Below are positions 40,146-52,201 of a stretch of 64,000 nt of DNA, one piece after another. The notes beneath the pieces were generated by a model that was not told where the DNA came from, did not search any database, and was given only the letters and a program-made list of their open reading frames with translations. Both the position numbers and the translations under genes were made by a program. Source of the DNA: Eledone cirrhosa (lineage: Eukaryota); NCBI GenBank assembly GCA_964016885.1, contig OZ024755.1, forward strand, positions 13,144,001 through 13,208,000, read 5' to 3'. Within the stretch, counting starts at the first letter, position 1. Each line of letters opens with the position of its first letter.

Positions 40146-41224
40146 CTCTCACATACATAGATGTATGTATACTTACATATATACACCTACCTACCTATCT
40201 ACATACATACATACACGTATACCTATCTATGTGCAGATATTAATCAACATATTGGTTTTAGTATTAATGTGTTGAAGTGTTATTTTTGCTATTTGTGATT
40301 GATGATATTTCTGTGAGAAGTTTCTAGTCACTAGGTCAGTCAGTCAGTATTATTGGTGACCTGCCCATTACTGCTGCAATCTCCGCTGAAGAAAGAATTT
40401 CGGAATTTCTGGAAGTGGTTCATAAAAATTTTATTTATTTTCTTAGAAACCTAGTGACTGTTGAGTTATATATATGAATATATACATGTGTATCTACATA
40501 CATACATATATATATATACACACACACACATAATACATATATATAGAGAGAGAGAAGAAGAAAAAAAAGACAGTAGGAGGGAGAAACAGTGAAGACATAA
40601 AGGGAGAGAGATGGATGTAGACAGACGAAGAAAAATGTTAATTTGTGTACATAGGTGTGTTCAGAGAGGTGTTATCATTCTGATGGTTTTACCATTCTGA
40701 TTTTAAAGTAGTTGAGTGTCTGTTTCTATGCTAAATAGATTGGCTGGCTGGCTGCTTGGCTGGTGGATGGTGACAGATATTAGATTCAGAGCAAGTATAG
40801 AACTTAACTGTATGTTGTATCTGGAGAGATAAGTGATGTACTAAAGGAAAAGAAATGAGCCGATTTTCAGATTAGACCAAAGAAACAATGTTTCCATTTG
40901 TCTTTCCTTTACTGATTCTATCTGCTGGCTGCAAAAAGGTAGGATTTAATGATAATCCCAGTACACCCTGTAATGTGGTTGATGAGAAGGGCATCCAGCT
41001 GTAGAAAACCTGCCAAATAAAGGGTCTGAAAAATTCTTCAGCTATGCCAAAGACATGATAACTTCCCTGGTGTTGGTGTCATGATATCTACACTTGATAG
41101 AGCTCAGGATTGTAAGTTTGATACCAGGCCACCTGGAGGTCAAGGCTCTGCTTAAGTATCGACTACTACATGATATGCCCAACCTTTGCTAGCAGGGAAA
41201 ACATGTTAAACAATGATATATATA

Positions 41225-41577
41225 TATGATGGCTGCCCCCTCGTTATCAAGTATGGCCATTGCACGATATACCATTATTAATAATTATTAATTAATTCTA
41301 TTGTGCAATGCGTGTGCATGAAGATATTTTTTAAAGTGAGGAAAGACTGTGCACTGAACCAATCCCACTCTCTGAGCGACAGTAGCTATAACCCGAAGAA
41401 GAAAAGATCAACATCATCGGTAACTACTGAGCCGCAGGTTTTATATCGGAGTTATCCTAGTTTCCTGAGTTGCCTTCTCCTAGAAGAATGCCCTGACAAA
41501 GGCTAGGGGTCCTTCACTCCCAGTGGTTTAACTGCGCGCTCGGGTGTCCAGCCCGACTATTTCTATGTCCCCGCGCA
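41225..41577 (-). mobile_element. non-autonomous RTE-related element in TA repeats; partial copy at 11695-11900
   Basis: About 210 nt shared with 11695-11900. The minus-strand CTAGGAGAAGGCAACTC..AAACC resembles RTE 5' UTR sequence (recalled, not searched). Confidence 0.6.
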
Positions 41578-41834
41578 TATACATACACATGCACCCATGC
41601 ATATACACATATACATATACATACATATATACATATGCATATACATATTTACACACTTTTGGGTGGCTGTTGACTCTTATGAGTTCTTCCGCTCTTTGTC
41701 AGGTTTTGTTTTTTGTCCTGCAGGGTGTCCAATATCACCCTCCTCACCAAGTAAACTTGGTGGGGTTGCCGACAACCTGACCATGCGACAGGTTGTACTG
41801 GGTTACATGTTACCAGTAGCACTCAAGAGTGACC

Positions 41835-41879
<45 letters not shown>

Positions 41880-42324
41880 TACATACAGACATACATATAC
41901 ACACACACTCATGCATACACATACTATCAAGCGATGGCATTACTTGAAATCGAGTTGCAGCCATCATATATATGTATGTAAAAAGTAAACAGAAATAACA
42001 AAGCAAACAACGCTGTACAATGAAGAAATATATTAGTCTAATGTTTGAAATAATAGGGAAAGGGTCTTAACGTTCAAACACTAGTCCTTCACCAGGCGAT
42101 AGAATGAGAAATAAAAGATGAAATAAAAAGATAAAGAGGGAGGAGAGGAAGAAACACGATAAAAATGAGAAAAAACACTTTGTGTATTTAGTCAGCCATT
42201 AAAATATTGAAATATTTTTCTTATGTAACTTTCCAGTAAGATAAGTTGACCTTTTGTCTTGTGAAAAAAGAATCATAATCATCATTTGATGTTAAATTTA
42301 CACATCTTTCTTGATTTATCTCAG

Positions 42325-42415
42325 ATTATGGAACAAAGAGTCGCCATCGGGGAAGTTACGCTGTATAATTAGACGAGTCACTAACCAAAAAGGAGAAGAA
42401 AAGGATTTTATTGAG
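42325..42415 (+). CDS. APEH: APEH exon 3 (LWNKESPSGKLRCIIRRVTNQKGEEKDFIE)
   Basis: AG/GT boundaries, phase 2 to 0, ESPSG and GEEK motifs. Confidence 0.95.
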
Positions 42416-42609
42416 GTAAATATCTCTCGTTTCTTTTTAGTTTTTTTTTTTTCCATGTCCAAATATTTTCAGAAAATATAGACCAACATATGGTGTATTT
42501 ATTGAGCAGGTTTATATAGCTATCCTCCCTGTTCTGTTGCTATTACAGCAACCATTGCTCTTTTGTATCATTCCAGTCTAAAACTAATTGATTAAACTAC
42601 TTGAGTTAT

Positions 42610-42898
42610 GGAGGCACATGATCTAGTGGTAAGGGTGTTGGACTTACTATCATAATATCGAGGCTTCGATTCCTGGACTGGGTTGTGTGTTGTGTTCTAG
42701 AGCAAAACACTTCATTTCATGTTGCTCCAGTACACTCAGCTGGAAATTAGTACCAGCAATAGCTGGGGCTCTAACCCTGTGATGTACTGGCTTCTTGTCC
42801 AGTGGAAAGACTTGTACTCTCAGTTGCTTCACTCCATGGAAACTTGGATAAGCACCAGCCTGTCGAGTCTCCGGGATTGTAACAGACTTTAGACTTAG
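42610..42898 (+). mobile_element. tRNA-derived SINE, second family; copy at ~61743-61985
   Basis: A-box-like TGATCTAGTGG, B-box-like GCTTCGATTCC, shared CACTTCATTTCA and TACTCTCAGTTGCT blocks. Confidence 0.65.
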
Positions 42899-43527
42899 AA
42901 TTGTGGATGAACAAGACTCAATTTGATAAAACTAATTGAGCTATAGATCAGCAAGAATTAGTTTGATAAAAATTCTTTTGCAAGAATTGGTGTGATTCAA
43001 AATCAAAATGTAGAGAAAGAATCACTCTTTAATTTCTCATATTGGGAAATTTTGTTAACCATATTCTGTTTCTTCTGTTCTAAAGACACTTCTAGAAGCT
43101 GTAAAATCTATAGGTTTTCTCTTCAACTTATGTTTTAACCTTTTTGTGACCATATTTAAAAAAAAATACACTGCTTATGTGTTTCAAATAATTTTGAAAA
43201 TAACCTTCGGCATTTTGTCTTTGAGGCGCAGCCGAAACACCACATTGACTTAGGTGTAGAGTCTGTCACCCTATCCCCTTTTCTTTTGTTGCTTAATAAT
43301 CTTTGCTCTTTCCCTCCTTTTCCTTTGTTTTTTTTTTATTAACGACAATACAATTATTTGTTACTTTCTAAAAGAAAAAACTACATAATTGGCTATTCAT
43401 CTTAAATATCAGTTTCATTAACACTTTTATTTTAGTATCAACTCGATTAATTTCTTGAATAACTCGTTAAAAAAATATTCACATGTTTTTGGAACCTCTT
43501 AAAATATATCTTCTTTGAACTTCACAG

Positions 43528-43606
43528 ATCTGGGAAAAAACGCGAAAAATCTGGAATATTGATGCACTCTCCAAGGAAGTCCATGGGAAAATTTATGAAC
43601 CCGATG
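43528..43606 (+). CDS. APEH: APEH exon 4 (IWEKTRKIWNIDALSKEVHGKIYEPD)
   Basis: cacAG / GTGAGT, phase 0 to 1, HGKIYE motif. Confidence 0.95.
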
Positions 43607-44087
43607 GTGAGTTTAAATGTCTTGTTGTGAAGGTAGAAGGAATAATAGAAGACAGACTGTAATAAGAGAAGGGAGTGAGAGTATGATAGGAGAAGCAGTG
43701 TCAAGTGGATGGTAATGCCAAAAGGCTAGTACTGGAGGGAGTAATGGTAGCAAGTTTATTGGTGAGGGAAAGAGAAAGTGTGTGAGTAGTGAATGGTAGG
43801 AGAGTGAGATGTGTGTTAATGCTAGCCATCCCTCCCGCTTGTGGATGACTAACAGCATAAAGAGGATGATAGTAGAATGTATGAGGTACAAATAGATCTG
43901 ATACAAACCCTCATACATAAATGTTGTGATGGGATAGGGAAGTAAACTGAAAAAGAGCATATAGTCCACCTTGCAAGGTGGTAGTGCTGATGCAATGACA
44001 AAAAATACCCAAAGCACCCTGTAAGGTGGTAGTGCTGTTCTTTGCTGTATAGGGGTCAATTTGGAAATGTAAAACATATTCTAATAG

Positions 44088-44308
44088 ACATTATGTATAT
44101 ACAGCTGATCTTTTGGACTTTTACAAAGTGCTGAGAGGATAAAGGATAAAGTTAATATACAGAGATGCTATAAAATAGGGTGAAGACCCTTAAAGACTGA
44201 AAAAGAAATTGCCAATAGTCAATGGCAACTTCTTTTTCATCTTTAAGAATCTTCACCTTATTTTATAGCATCTCCACACATGAGCACACCACTTTTTTCT
44301 TTATATTA
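44088..44308 (+). mobile_element. foldback element with 12-bp target-site duplication
   Basis: Arms 44162-44214 / 44223-44274, tail CACACATGAGCACAC, flanking ATATTCTAATAG at 44076-44087 and 44309-44320. A second copy of the right arm plus tail lies at ~63790-63855. Confidence 0.8.
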
Positions 44309-44477
44309 ATATTCTAATAGGTTTTTTTAAATATATTTTTTTGTTTTGTTTCTCTTCTATCTCATTCATCTCTCTTCACCCTTTCCATCCTCCAGCTAAA
44401 CAAATTATTTCTAAATCATCTTTTAAATAGGGATTGTGTGTTGTTTCTTGTATATGAAATAAAAACGTTATTTACAG

Positions 44478-44629
44478 GTCAGTTTGGCTCACTGGAATGG
44501 TCGGCTACTGAGAAACGGTTGGTTTACATTGCGGAGAAAAAATTGACCAAAGCTACATCGTTTTTTGATGCTAAAAACACTTCAAGAACTCCTGAAGATG
44601 AAAACAAACCAAGTGAGGCAAAAGCTAGA
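44478..44629 (+). CDS. APEH: APEH exon 5 (GQFGSLEWSATEKRLVYIAEKK...EAKAR)
   Basis: tacAG / GTGAGT, phase 1 to 0, FGxLxWS and YIAEKK motifs. Confidence 0.95.
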
Positions 44630-45035
44630 GTGAGTAACAATAAATATATTGATGATCATGATGGTAGTGATGGGAATGATGATGGTGGTGCTGGTTGTGG
44701 CAGTGATGATAATGATGATAATGCTGGCATGTGGTGTCATTTATGGAGTAAGATAAAGTGACTTGCTCAAGGATACCTGATACGAGAATCAAACTCACAA
44801 CCTCATGATTGCAAGCCCAACGCTCTTACCACTAAGCCATGCACCTTCACTCTAGCATAAATTCCTCGTGTACAATGTAACTTTTGTCCTGTAGGAGTCA
44901 CAAAAAAAATTTTGAGACAAATTTTAAAAAAATATTAGTGTCTTTTATGGTAGGTAATATGGTGTGTGTTATGAATGTTAAATATTTTTTTTAAATCTTG
45001 AAATTTTTTTATGAAATAAACTTCATCAATTTCAG

Positions 45036-45179
45036 GGTGACCAACATCTTTTACATGAAGATTGGGGAGAAATGTTGGTTGGAAAACATCATCCTATTGT
45101 TGCTATATTAGATTTAGAAGGATCAACCCCTGAAATCAGTTTGTTAGACTGTGTTTCAGATGATGTGTCTCTTGGACAG
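45036..45179 (+). CDS. APEH: APEH exon 6 (GDQHLLHEDWGEMLVGK...DVSLGQ)
   Basis: ttcAG / GTAAGA, phase 0 to 0, EDWGE motif. Confidence 0.95.
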
Positions 45180-45517
45180 GTAAGAAGCTCTCACATACAA
45201 AGTGTTTCAATTAATTTCGAAAATAATAAATTTTGAGGAGTTTAGTAAAATAACGTTTTCATTAATAAGCTGTTGTTTGGAACATTACTTAACAAAAATT
45301 TCTTACATGACATCATAATGGAAGGTTTTTAATATAAGAACACTTTAAGGTAGACAGTTTTGTTTCATAGAAACATGGGCAGTTTCAGGTAGTTTAATAT
45401 TAAAAAGGTTAAATATGAACTCTCTACAATTAGACATTAATAAACAGATTCAGCTGTCTTAAATCTTGCTTGTTAATGGTGTATAATCTTCCTTGTGTTG
45501 TTTCTTTAATTTTATAG

Positions 45518-45609
45518 GTAAGATGGGCCCCTGATGAGACAGGTCTGTTGATGGTTGGTTGGTCACATGAACCCTGGAGGCTGGGCCTTACATATTGTCC
45601 AATCAGAAA
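45518..45609 (+). CDS. APEH: APEH exon 7 (VRWAPDETGLLMVGWSHEPWRLGLTYCPIRK)
   Basis: tatAG / GTAAGT, phase 0 to 2, VGWxHEPxRLG motif. Confidence 0.95.
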
Positions 45610-46904
45610 GTAAGTTAATTTCTCTTGATAAAATTTCTTTATTTCAAAGAGGAAAAAAAAGTATATGTATATATATTTAATGTAGAATATGAGATTGATA
45701 CACTCCATACTGTATTACTAAGGCAGAAATATATATATAATCATTGTTTTTATGTCTGATTTTTCATGCTGGCATGGGTTGGACAAGACCATCTAGAAGG
45801 AGCGTAATTCTTATTAACTACTACTCTGATCTAAAACAACCTGTCCAACCTATATTAGCATGGAAAAACATCTACAATAATGATAATGATGGAAGGATAT
45901 ATCTAAGCAAGACATGGTCTCCCCAACTCATCTTGAAAGAATGTAACTCTTATTAAATACTGCTCTTGTCTATAACGACCTGTCCGACCCATACTAGCAT
46001 GAAAAAACAAACCTACAATGATGATGATGATGATGAAGTCAGATATTGGTCAAAGATGGCAACGGTTTCCTGTCCACTTCATTGTTTCATGATAAACGTT
46101 GTTGCTATCATATTACATCTAATTATACCTGCTGATATTGTCTATATTGTTTGGCACTGATGAATGAGTTTCTATGAAAAACCTGCTCACTGATTCTCTT
46201 ATTCAAGCAAATGTTTTCTACTTGGTTACTTTATATCTGTTTATCAAATTGCTTTGATCAGTTATTGAACCGTGACTCGTTACATGCCTCACTAGTTACT
46301 TTTAAACAGTCTATCCATTCATCTGTAAACACCTTCAAGCAAGTCATAACAAAACCATTCCATTTGAGTTAGCAGAGACTATTTTTATAAACCTATTTAC
46401 CATACATCAGAAGATGCTGGAGTGACCAGGTTTAGGAGATCAGCAATGTTTTCTCTCCACCTCACATGATACACCATTCTGAAAATAGTAGATGTGGATG
46501 AGGACTTCTTATTAAAGTTATTTAACTCTTTCTAATGAAATATGGTTAACACAACCAATATGTTTCAGTTAATTTTTAAAATAAAAGTTTGGAGGAATTT
46601 AGTAAAATAGCTAACTTTTCCATTAGTAAGCTTATACTTGGAACATTACTTAACCAAAGGTTTTTATATTAAATTTTGATGGAAGGTTTTAATACAAATA
46701 TGACCAATTTATAATGGGCAATTTTGTATCATAAAACCATTTGAAAATCTGTATTAATTAGGTTTATTATCCTCATCATCATTGTTTAATGTCCGCTTTT
46801 CGTCTAACCCATGCAAGTGTGGAAACATAGATGTTAAATGATGAGGAAGAGGATTTTCTATGCTTGCATAAATTTTTATTCAGTGTACTATATCTATATT
46901 TTAT

Positions 46905-48240
46905 GTTTATTATAAAGTCTACTATATCTATATCTATATATTATTTAGGATTATTATAAAAACTACTATATCTATATATTATTTAGGGTTATTATAAAGT
47001 CTACTATATATATATTATTTAGGGTTATTATAAAGTCTACTATATATATATATATTATAAAGTCTACTATATATATATATATATTATAAAGTCTACTATA
47101 TCTATATATTATTTAGGGTTATTATAAAGTCTACTATATATATATTATTTAGGGTTATTATAAAGTCTACTATATATATATATATTATAAAGTCTACTAT
47201 ATATATATATATTATAAAGTCTACTATATCTATATATTATTTAGGGTTATTATAAAGTCTACTATATATATATATATTATAAAGTCTACTATATATATAT
47301 ATATTATAAAGTCTACTATATATATATATATTATAAAGTCTACTATATCTATATATTATTTAGGGTTATTATAAAGTCTACTATATATATATATATTATA
47401 AAGTCTACTATATATATATATATTATAAAGTCTACTATATATATATATATTATAAAGTCTACTATATATATATATATTATAAAGTCTACTATATCTATAT
47501 ATTATTTAGGGTTATTATAAAGTCTACTATATATATATATATTATAAAGTCTACTATATATATATATATTATAAAGTCTACTATATATATATATATTATA
47601 AAGTCTACTATATATATATATATATTATAAAGTCTACTATATCTATATATTATTTAGGGTTATTGTAAAGTCTACTATATCTATATTATTTAGGGTTATT
47701 GTAAAGTCTACTATATATATATATATTATAAAGTCTACTATATATATATATATTATAAAGTCTACTATATCTATATATTATTTAGGGTTATTATAAAGTC
47801 TACTATATATATATATATTATAAAGTCTACTATATATATATATATTATAAAGTCTACTATATATATATATATTATAAAGTCTACTATATCTATATATTAT
47901 TTAGGGTTATTATAAAGTCTACTATATATATATATATTATAAAGTCTACTATATATATATATATTATAAAGTCTACTATATATATATATATTATAAAGTC
48001 TACTATATCTATATATTATTTAGGGTTATTATAAAGTCTACTATATATATATTATTTAGGGTTATTATAAAGTCTACTATATATATATATATTATAAAGT
48101 CTACTATATATATATATATTATAAAGTCTACTATATATATATATATTATAAAGTCTACTATATATATATATATTATAAAGTCTACTATATCTATATATTA
48201 TTTAGGGTTATTGTAAAGTCTACTATATCTATATTATTAT
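46905..48240. repeat. 1.3 kb compound AT-rich minisatellite with two unit types
   Basis: Units TTATAAAGTCTACTA(TA)n, with or without an ATTTAGGGTTA block. Confidence 0.95.
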
Positions 48241-48337
48241 TTGTTGTATAACAGAGACAACGATATAAAACAAAAGTGTTTAAATGATTTCTTTATTTGT
48301 AATTTGATGATGTTCATCTTATTTTTTTCCTCCCCAG

Positions 48338-48381
48338 GAGTCAACTGTATTTTGCTCAAACATCAGGGGAAGATATTAAGT
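48338..48381 (+). CDS. APEH: APEH exon 8 (SQLYFAQTSGEDIK)
   Basis: Pyrimidine tract plus cAG, GTAAGT donor, phase 2 to 1 fits neighbours. Confidence 0.85.
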
Positions 48382-48855
48382 GTAAGTATAATTAGCATAT
48401 ATGATATATATAATCATTATCATTTGTATATATATATATATGCATTTTATTAAGGCTAAATCGTGAGTCTTGTTACTCTGGAGTTTTGCCTGCTTATCAC
48501 AGTGTCATCATCATTTAATAATATATAAATATAATCATTATCATCATCATTTTACATCTAAGGACCACACCCTGTTCATACATTCTATTTTGCCACAGTT
48601 TCTATAGTTGGATGCCATTCCTATTGCCAGCCACTTTACAGGGTGAAGTGGGTGCATTTTCAGTTGTTTGATTAACTGAATCCAACTATAATAGAAGACA
48701 CTTGCACAAGGTGCCATGCAATGGGACTGAACCCCAAACCACAGAGTTGCAAAACAAACTCCTTAACCACACAGCCACAGCTATATCCATGCCTTTATAT
48801 GTTATATGTTTAATGAATATTTTCTTATGTCTCAGTTTGTTTTAATCCTGACTAG

Positions 48856-48974
48856 GTTTTGGTGGTGAGGATAAAGCTGTACGATCTCCAACCTTTAGCC
48901 CTGATGGAACGAAGGTTGTCTACATGGATAATCCTTCATCTGGACCACACTATCAGTGCAGCCGATTGTTAATG
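48856..48974 (+). CDS. APEH: APEH exon 9 (CFGGEDKAVRSPTFSPDGTKVVY...GPHYQCSRLLM)
   Basis: actAG / GTAAGT, phase 1 to 0, AVRSPxFSPD and PHxQCS motifs. Confidence 0.92.
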
Positions 48975-48999
48975 GTAAGTAGTGGTTGATAAAATACTT

Positions 49000-49568
49000 G
49001 TTCTTGTGTTGGTGTCCAACCAGGGTGATTTCAGCCAACACCAACCAGTGCATTGAGCCAGGATGGCTTGAGCCAGCACCGGACAGTCTATTGTACTTGT
49101 GTTGGTGTCCAACCATGGTGGCTTGTGATAACACTAACCAATACAATGTACTGAAGGTGGTGTCCACCCAGGGTTGCTTCAGCCAGTGTATTGTATATAG
49201 GTTGGTCTCCACCCAGGGTGGCTTGAGACAGCACTGTCTAGTGTATTGTACATAAGTTGGTGTCCACCCAGAGTGGCTTGAGACAGCACTGTCCAGTGTA
49301 TTGTACATAAGTTGGTATCCACCCAGGGTGACTTGAGACAGCACTGTCCAGTGTATTGTACATAAGTTGGTATCTATCCAGAGTGGCTTGAGACAGCACT
49401 GTCCAGTGCATTGTACATAAGTTGGTATCTATCCAAGGTGGCTTGAGACAGCACTGTCCAGTGTATTGTACATAAGTTGGTCTCCACCCAAGGTGACTTG
49501 AGACAGCACTGTCCAGTGTATTGTACATAAGTTGGTGTCCACCCAGGGTGGCTTCAGCCAACACCAAC
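49000..49568. repeat. 55 bp minisatellite in APEH intron 9
   Basis: CCAGTGTATTGTACATAAGTTGGTGTCCACCCAGAGTGGCTTGAGACAGCACTGT, ~7 good units plus degenerate units. Confidence 0.92.
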
Positions 49569-49687
49569 AGTTGATAATGCCAGCTTATATTATCAACTGT
49601 TTATCTCACCATTCACCTTGTCCCTTTCTTCTGACAATTGCCAACCTTGACCTTTGCTGAACCAACTTTGTTTCTCACATATTTCAG

Positions 49688-49745
49688 ATTGACTGGACCA
49701 ACAAAGAAACAAAAGCTGTGTTGGACATTGTTGACCAAGCCAAAG
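49688..49745 (+). CDS. APEH: APEH exon 10 (IDWTNKETKAVLDIVDQAK)
   Basis: ttcAG / GTAGGT, phase 0 to 1. Confidence 0.92.
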
Positions 49746-50331
49746 GTAGGTTTACATTAATTATTGAATTTTATTTTTTTTTTTATGTAAATACAGTTTA
49801 ATAGAAAAAGAAAATTTAGATTGAGAGAAAGAATGGAATATAAAATAGGAAAATATAAAGAAAAAACAACAAACCTCCAAATAAGTTACTCTCCTCTTGG
49901 TCCCGGCCAACAGGATGGATGATATATTGCCCTGGGATCGGGAGGGAGGGGTTAGTAATATAACTCATTAAGCTGATGTTTGGAGTATAACCAAATTTTC
50001 TTAGATAAAATTATGATGGAAGGTCTTTAGATAAATATAAACTCTTTAAAACAACCAGTTTTCTATCAGAACCAGGGATGATTTCATGAAGTCTAGTATC
50101 AAAATGTTTAAACTAGGCTTTGAAACATAACTAAACAAAGGTTCTTACATAAAATTATGGAAAGACTTTAGATAAATATTTACACTTTAAAACAAACATT
50201 TTTCTATCATAGAATCAGAGACAGTTTCAGATTGTTAGGTATGAAAAGGATTAATATATATATATATTTGTTGTTGAAGAATTTCTAAACACCATTTAGC
50301 TAAATGTTGCTGTTTCCTGTTATTTTTAAAG

Positions 50332-50432
50332 ATGGTGAATTTGCTGGAGTTTTTGTTCATAGTCTTCCTGATCGCTGCTGGTCATCCGACAGTAAAAGAT
50401 TGGTTTTCAGCACAGTCTGCCAATCTCATTTG
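50332..50432 (+). CDS. APEH: APEH exon 11 (DGEFAGVFVHSLPDRCWSSDSKRLVFSTVCQSHL)
   Basis: AAG acceptor / GTAAAT, phase 1 to 0, LPxxCWSxDS motif. Confidence 0.93.
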
Positions 50433-50721
50433 GTAAATATATCTTGTTTATTTTCTATACTTCATTATTTTCTGTATACATAAACATATTGCATATGAGT
50501 CTATATATGTTTTTATTTTGAATCACACTGTGTCCGTGATATCACTAATTAACACTAGCCAGTCAAGCCTGCTACATATGAAAATAATTTTTTGCGGCAT
50601 GAAATGGAGACTGAGCAATCATTCCTTTTTCTGTAAATAATTTCTTTAGATTTAATGCAAATATTTATTTTTCTGTAAAATATATCATTAAATTAAAGTG
50701 ACCATTGCTTTTCTTTTGTAG

Positions 50722-50773
50722 GCTGCTGTAGTTGTTAATACAGAAACTCAGAAAGTAATGAGGATTAAATCTC
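50722..50773 (+). CDS. APEH: APEH exon 12 (AAVVVNTETQKVMRIKS)
   Basis: tgtAG / GTGAGT, phase 0 to 1. Confidence 0.88.
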
Positions 50774-51804
50774 GTGAGTATTTTAAACTGTTTCTATTTA
50801 TAGGTACTGGGTTGACAAGGGGCTGTGTTGATGAAGTGCTGGGTTGACAAGGTACAGTTTTGATAGTACTGCAAGGTACTGCATTGACAGTATACTAGGT
50901 TGATGAGGTACAGCAAGGTGCAGTAATTAAGATGAAATATATATTTTATTCACAGTTGTATAAATATTCCAAATTTTTTATAATTCTTACAGAATGAAAA
51001 TATAAACACAAATAATATATACAATTAATTATTGCTAGGAACCTTATAAATATTATACAGAAAAATATATAAACAAAGCGAGGGGAAAAAAAAAAAAAAA
51101 ATTCAACACTAAGTGCATCTCAGCCATAGCACTTTATTCACTGTTGCCAGGTTTATATCTGCTTTTCTGTGATGATGTAAATTAGATGACATTTTATTAT
51201 GAGGCAGTATTCTACAGTTGGATACTTTTCCTGATGTCAAAGCCTACTTTATTTTGAAGTATAGTACTTTTATTCCACTGGTCTTAAGCTACAAGACAAC
51301 CTTAAACTTTTGATACAAAGTCACCTGAAACCACTTATGGTTTTACAATACAAAACTTTGTTAGAAATGTAGAAATCCAAACATAAATTTGCTTCACTGA
51401 TAATATTAGAAAATCTGGTAAAGTTTCCTTAGGGACAAAAAAATCTATATTTTACTCAATTTTCTAATGCAATTTTCTGTAGCAAATCTGTGTTTGGATT
51501 TCAATATTTCCAATTTCAAACCATCCAAACACCTCGATAAATTGTAAGATTTGTTTGCAAAACTATATTTTTTTACTTTTATATTTATCTAAAAGCTTTC
51601 CATCCTAGTTTTATATTAAAAAAAAAACATTCGTAAAGTTATGATCCAAATACCAACTTAATGAGAAAGTTATATTACTAAATCTTTCCAAATTCTTGAT
51701 TATTGTCAAAATTATTTGAAAATAATAGGCAGCCTCTTTCATTAGAAATATGGTAACTATAAGATCAACAATTTATTTTAATCCCATATTTTCCCCTCTT
51801 CCAG

Positions 51805-51896
51805 CTGAAAGTGGTGTAAGTGCCTTACAGATATTAGATGTACATCATGACCATATTGTTGCCCAGTTCTCTGCTCCAAACCAACCTCAGTATTTG
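51805..51896 (+). CDS. APEH: APEH exon 13 (PESGVSALQILDVHHDHIVAQFSAPNQPQYL)
   Basis: tccAG / GTAAGT, phase 1 to 0, VAQFSxP motif. Confidence 0.93.
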
Positions 51897-52201
51897 GTAA
51901 GTCATGAAATCGTCTTTCCATCTTCTTTACTTAAATCTCTTATTTCTATACATATTCATATTTATGTTGCAAGAACAACATAGAAAACTTGCCAAACAAA
52001 GAGTCATGAGGACTCTTCAGTTATGTCAAAGACATGACAACCTTAGTAGTTCTGATATGATAAAATACACCTAGTGCATTTTGTAGAGTGCAGGAACCCC
52101 TGTTACATCTGGAGGTTCGGTAACTCCAATTAAATGTTTAACCCATCCGACTCATGCAAGAAGGAACTATAGACATTAAATGATGATCTATATCTTTCCA
52201 G

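Noticed and set aside
46157-46195. CTGATGA...GAAA
   Set aside because: Stem II is weak and stems I and III do not form.
46905-48240. Interstitial telomere
   Set aside because: TTAGGG occurs singly within a larger unit, never in tandem.
48831-48855. Upstream acceptor ctcAG at 48835 for exon 9
   Set aside because: Out of frame and reads into a TAG; only the acceptor at 48855 keeps the frame.
48895-49567. Long minus-strand ORFs antisense to exon 9
   Set aside because: They are products of the 55 bp tandem repeat.
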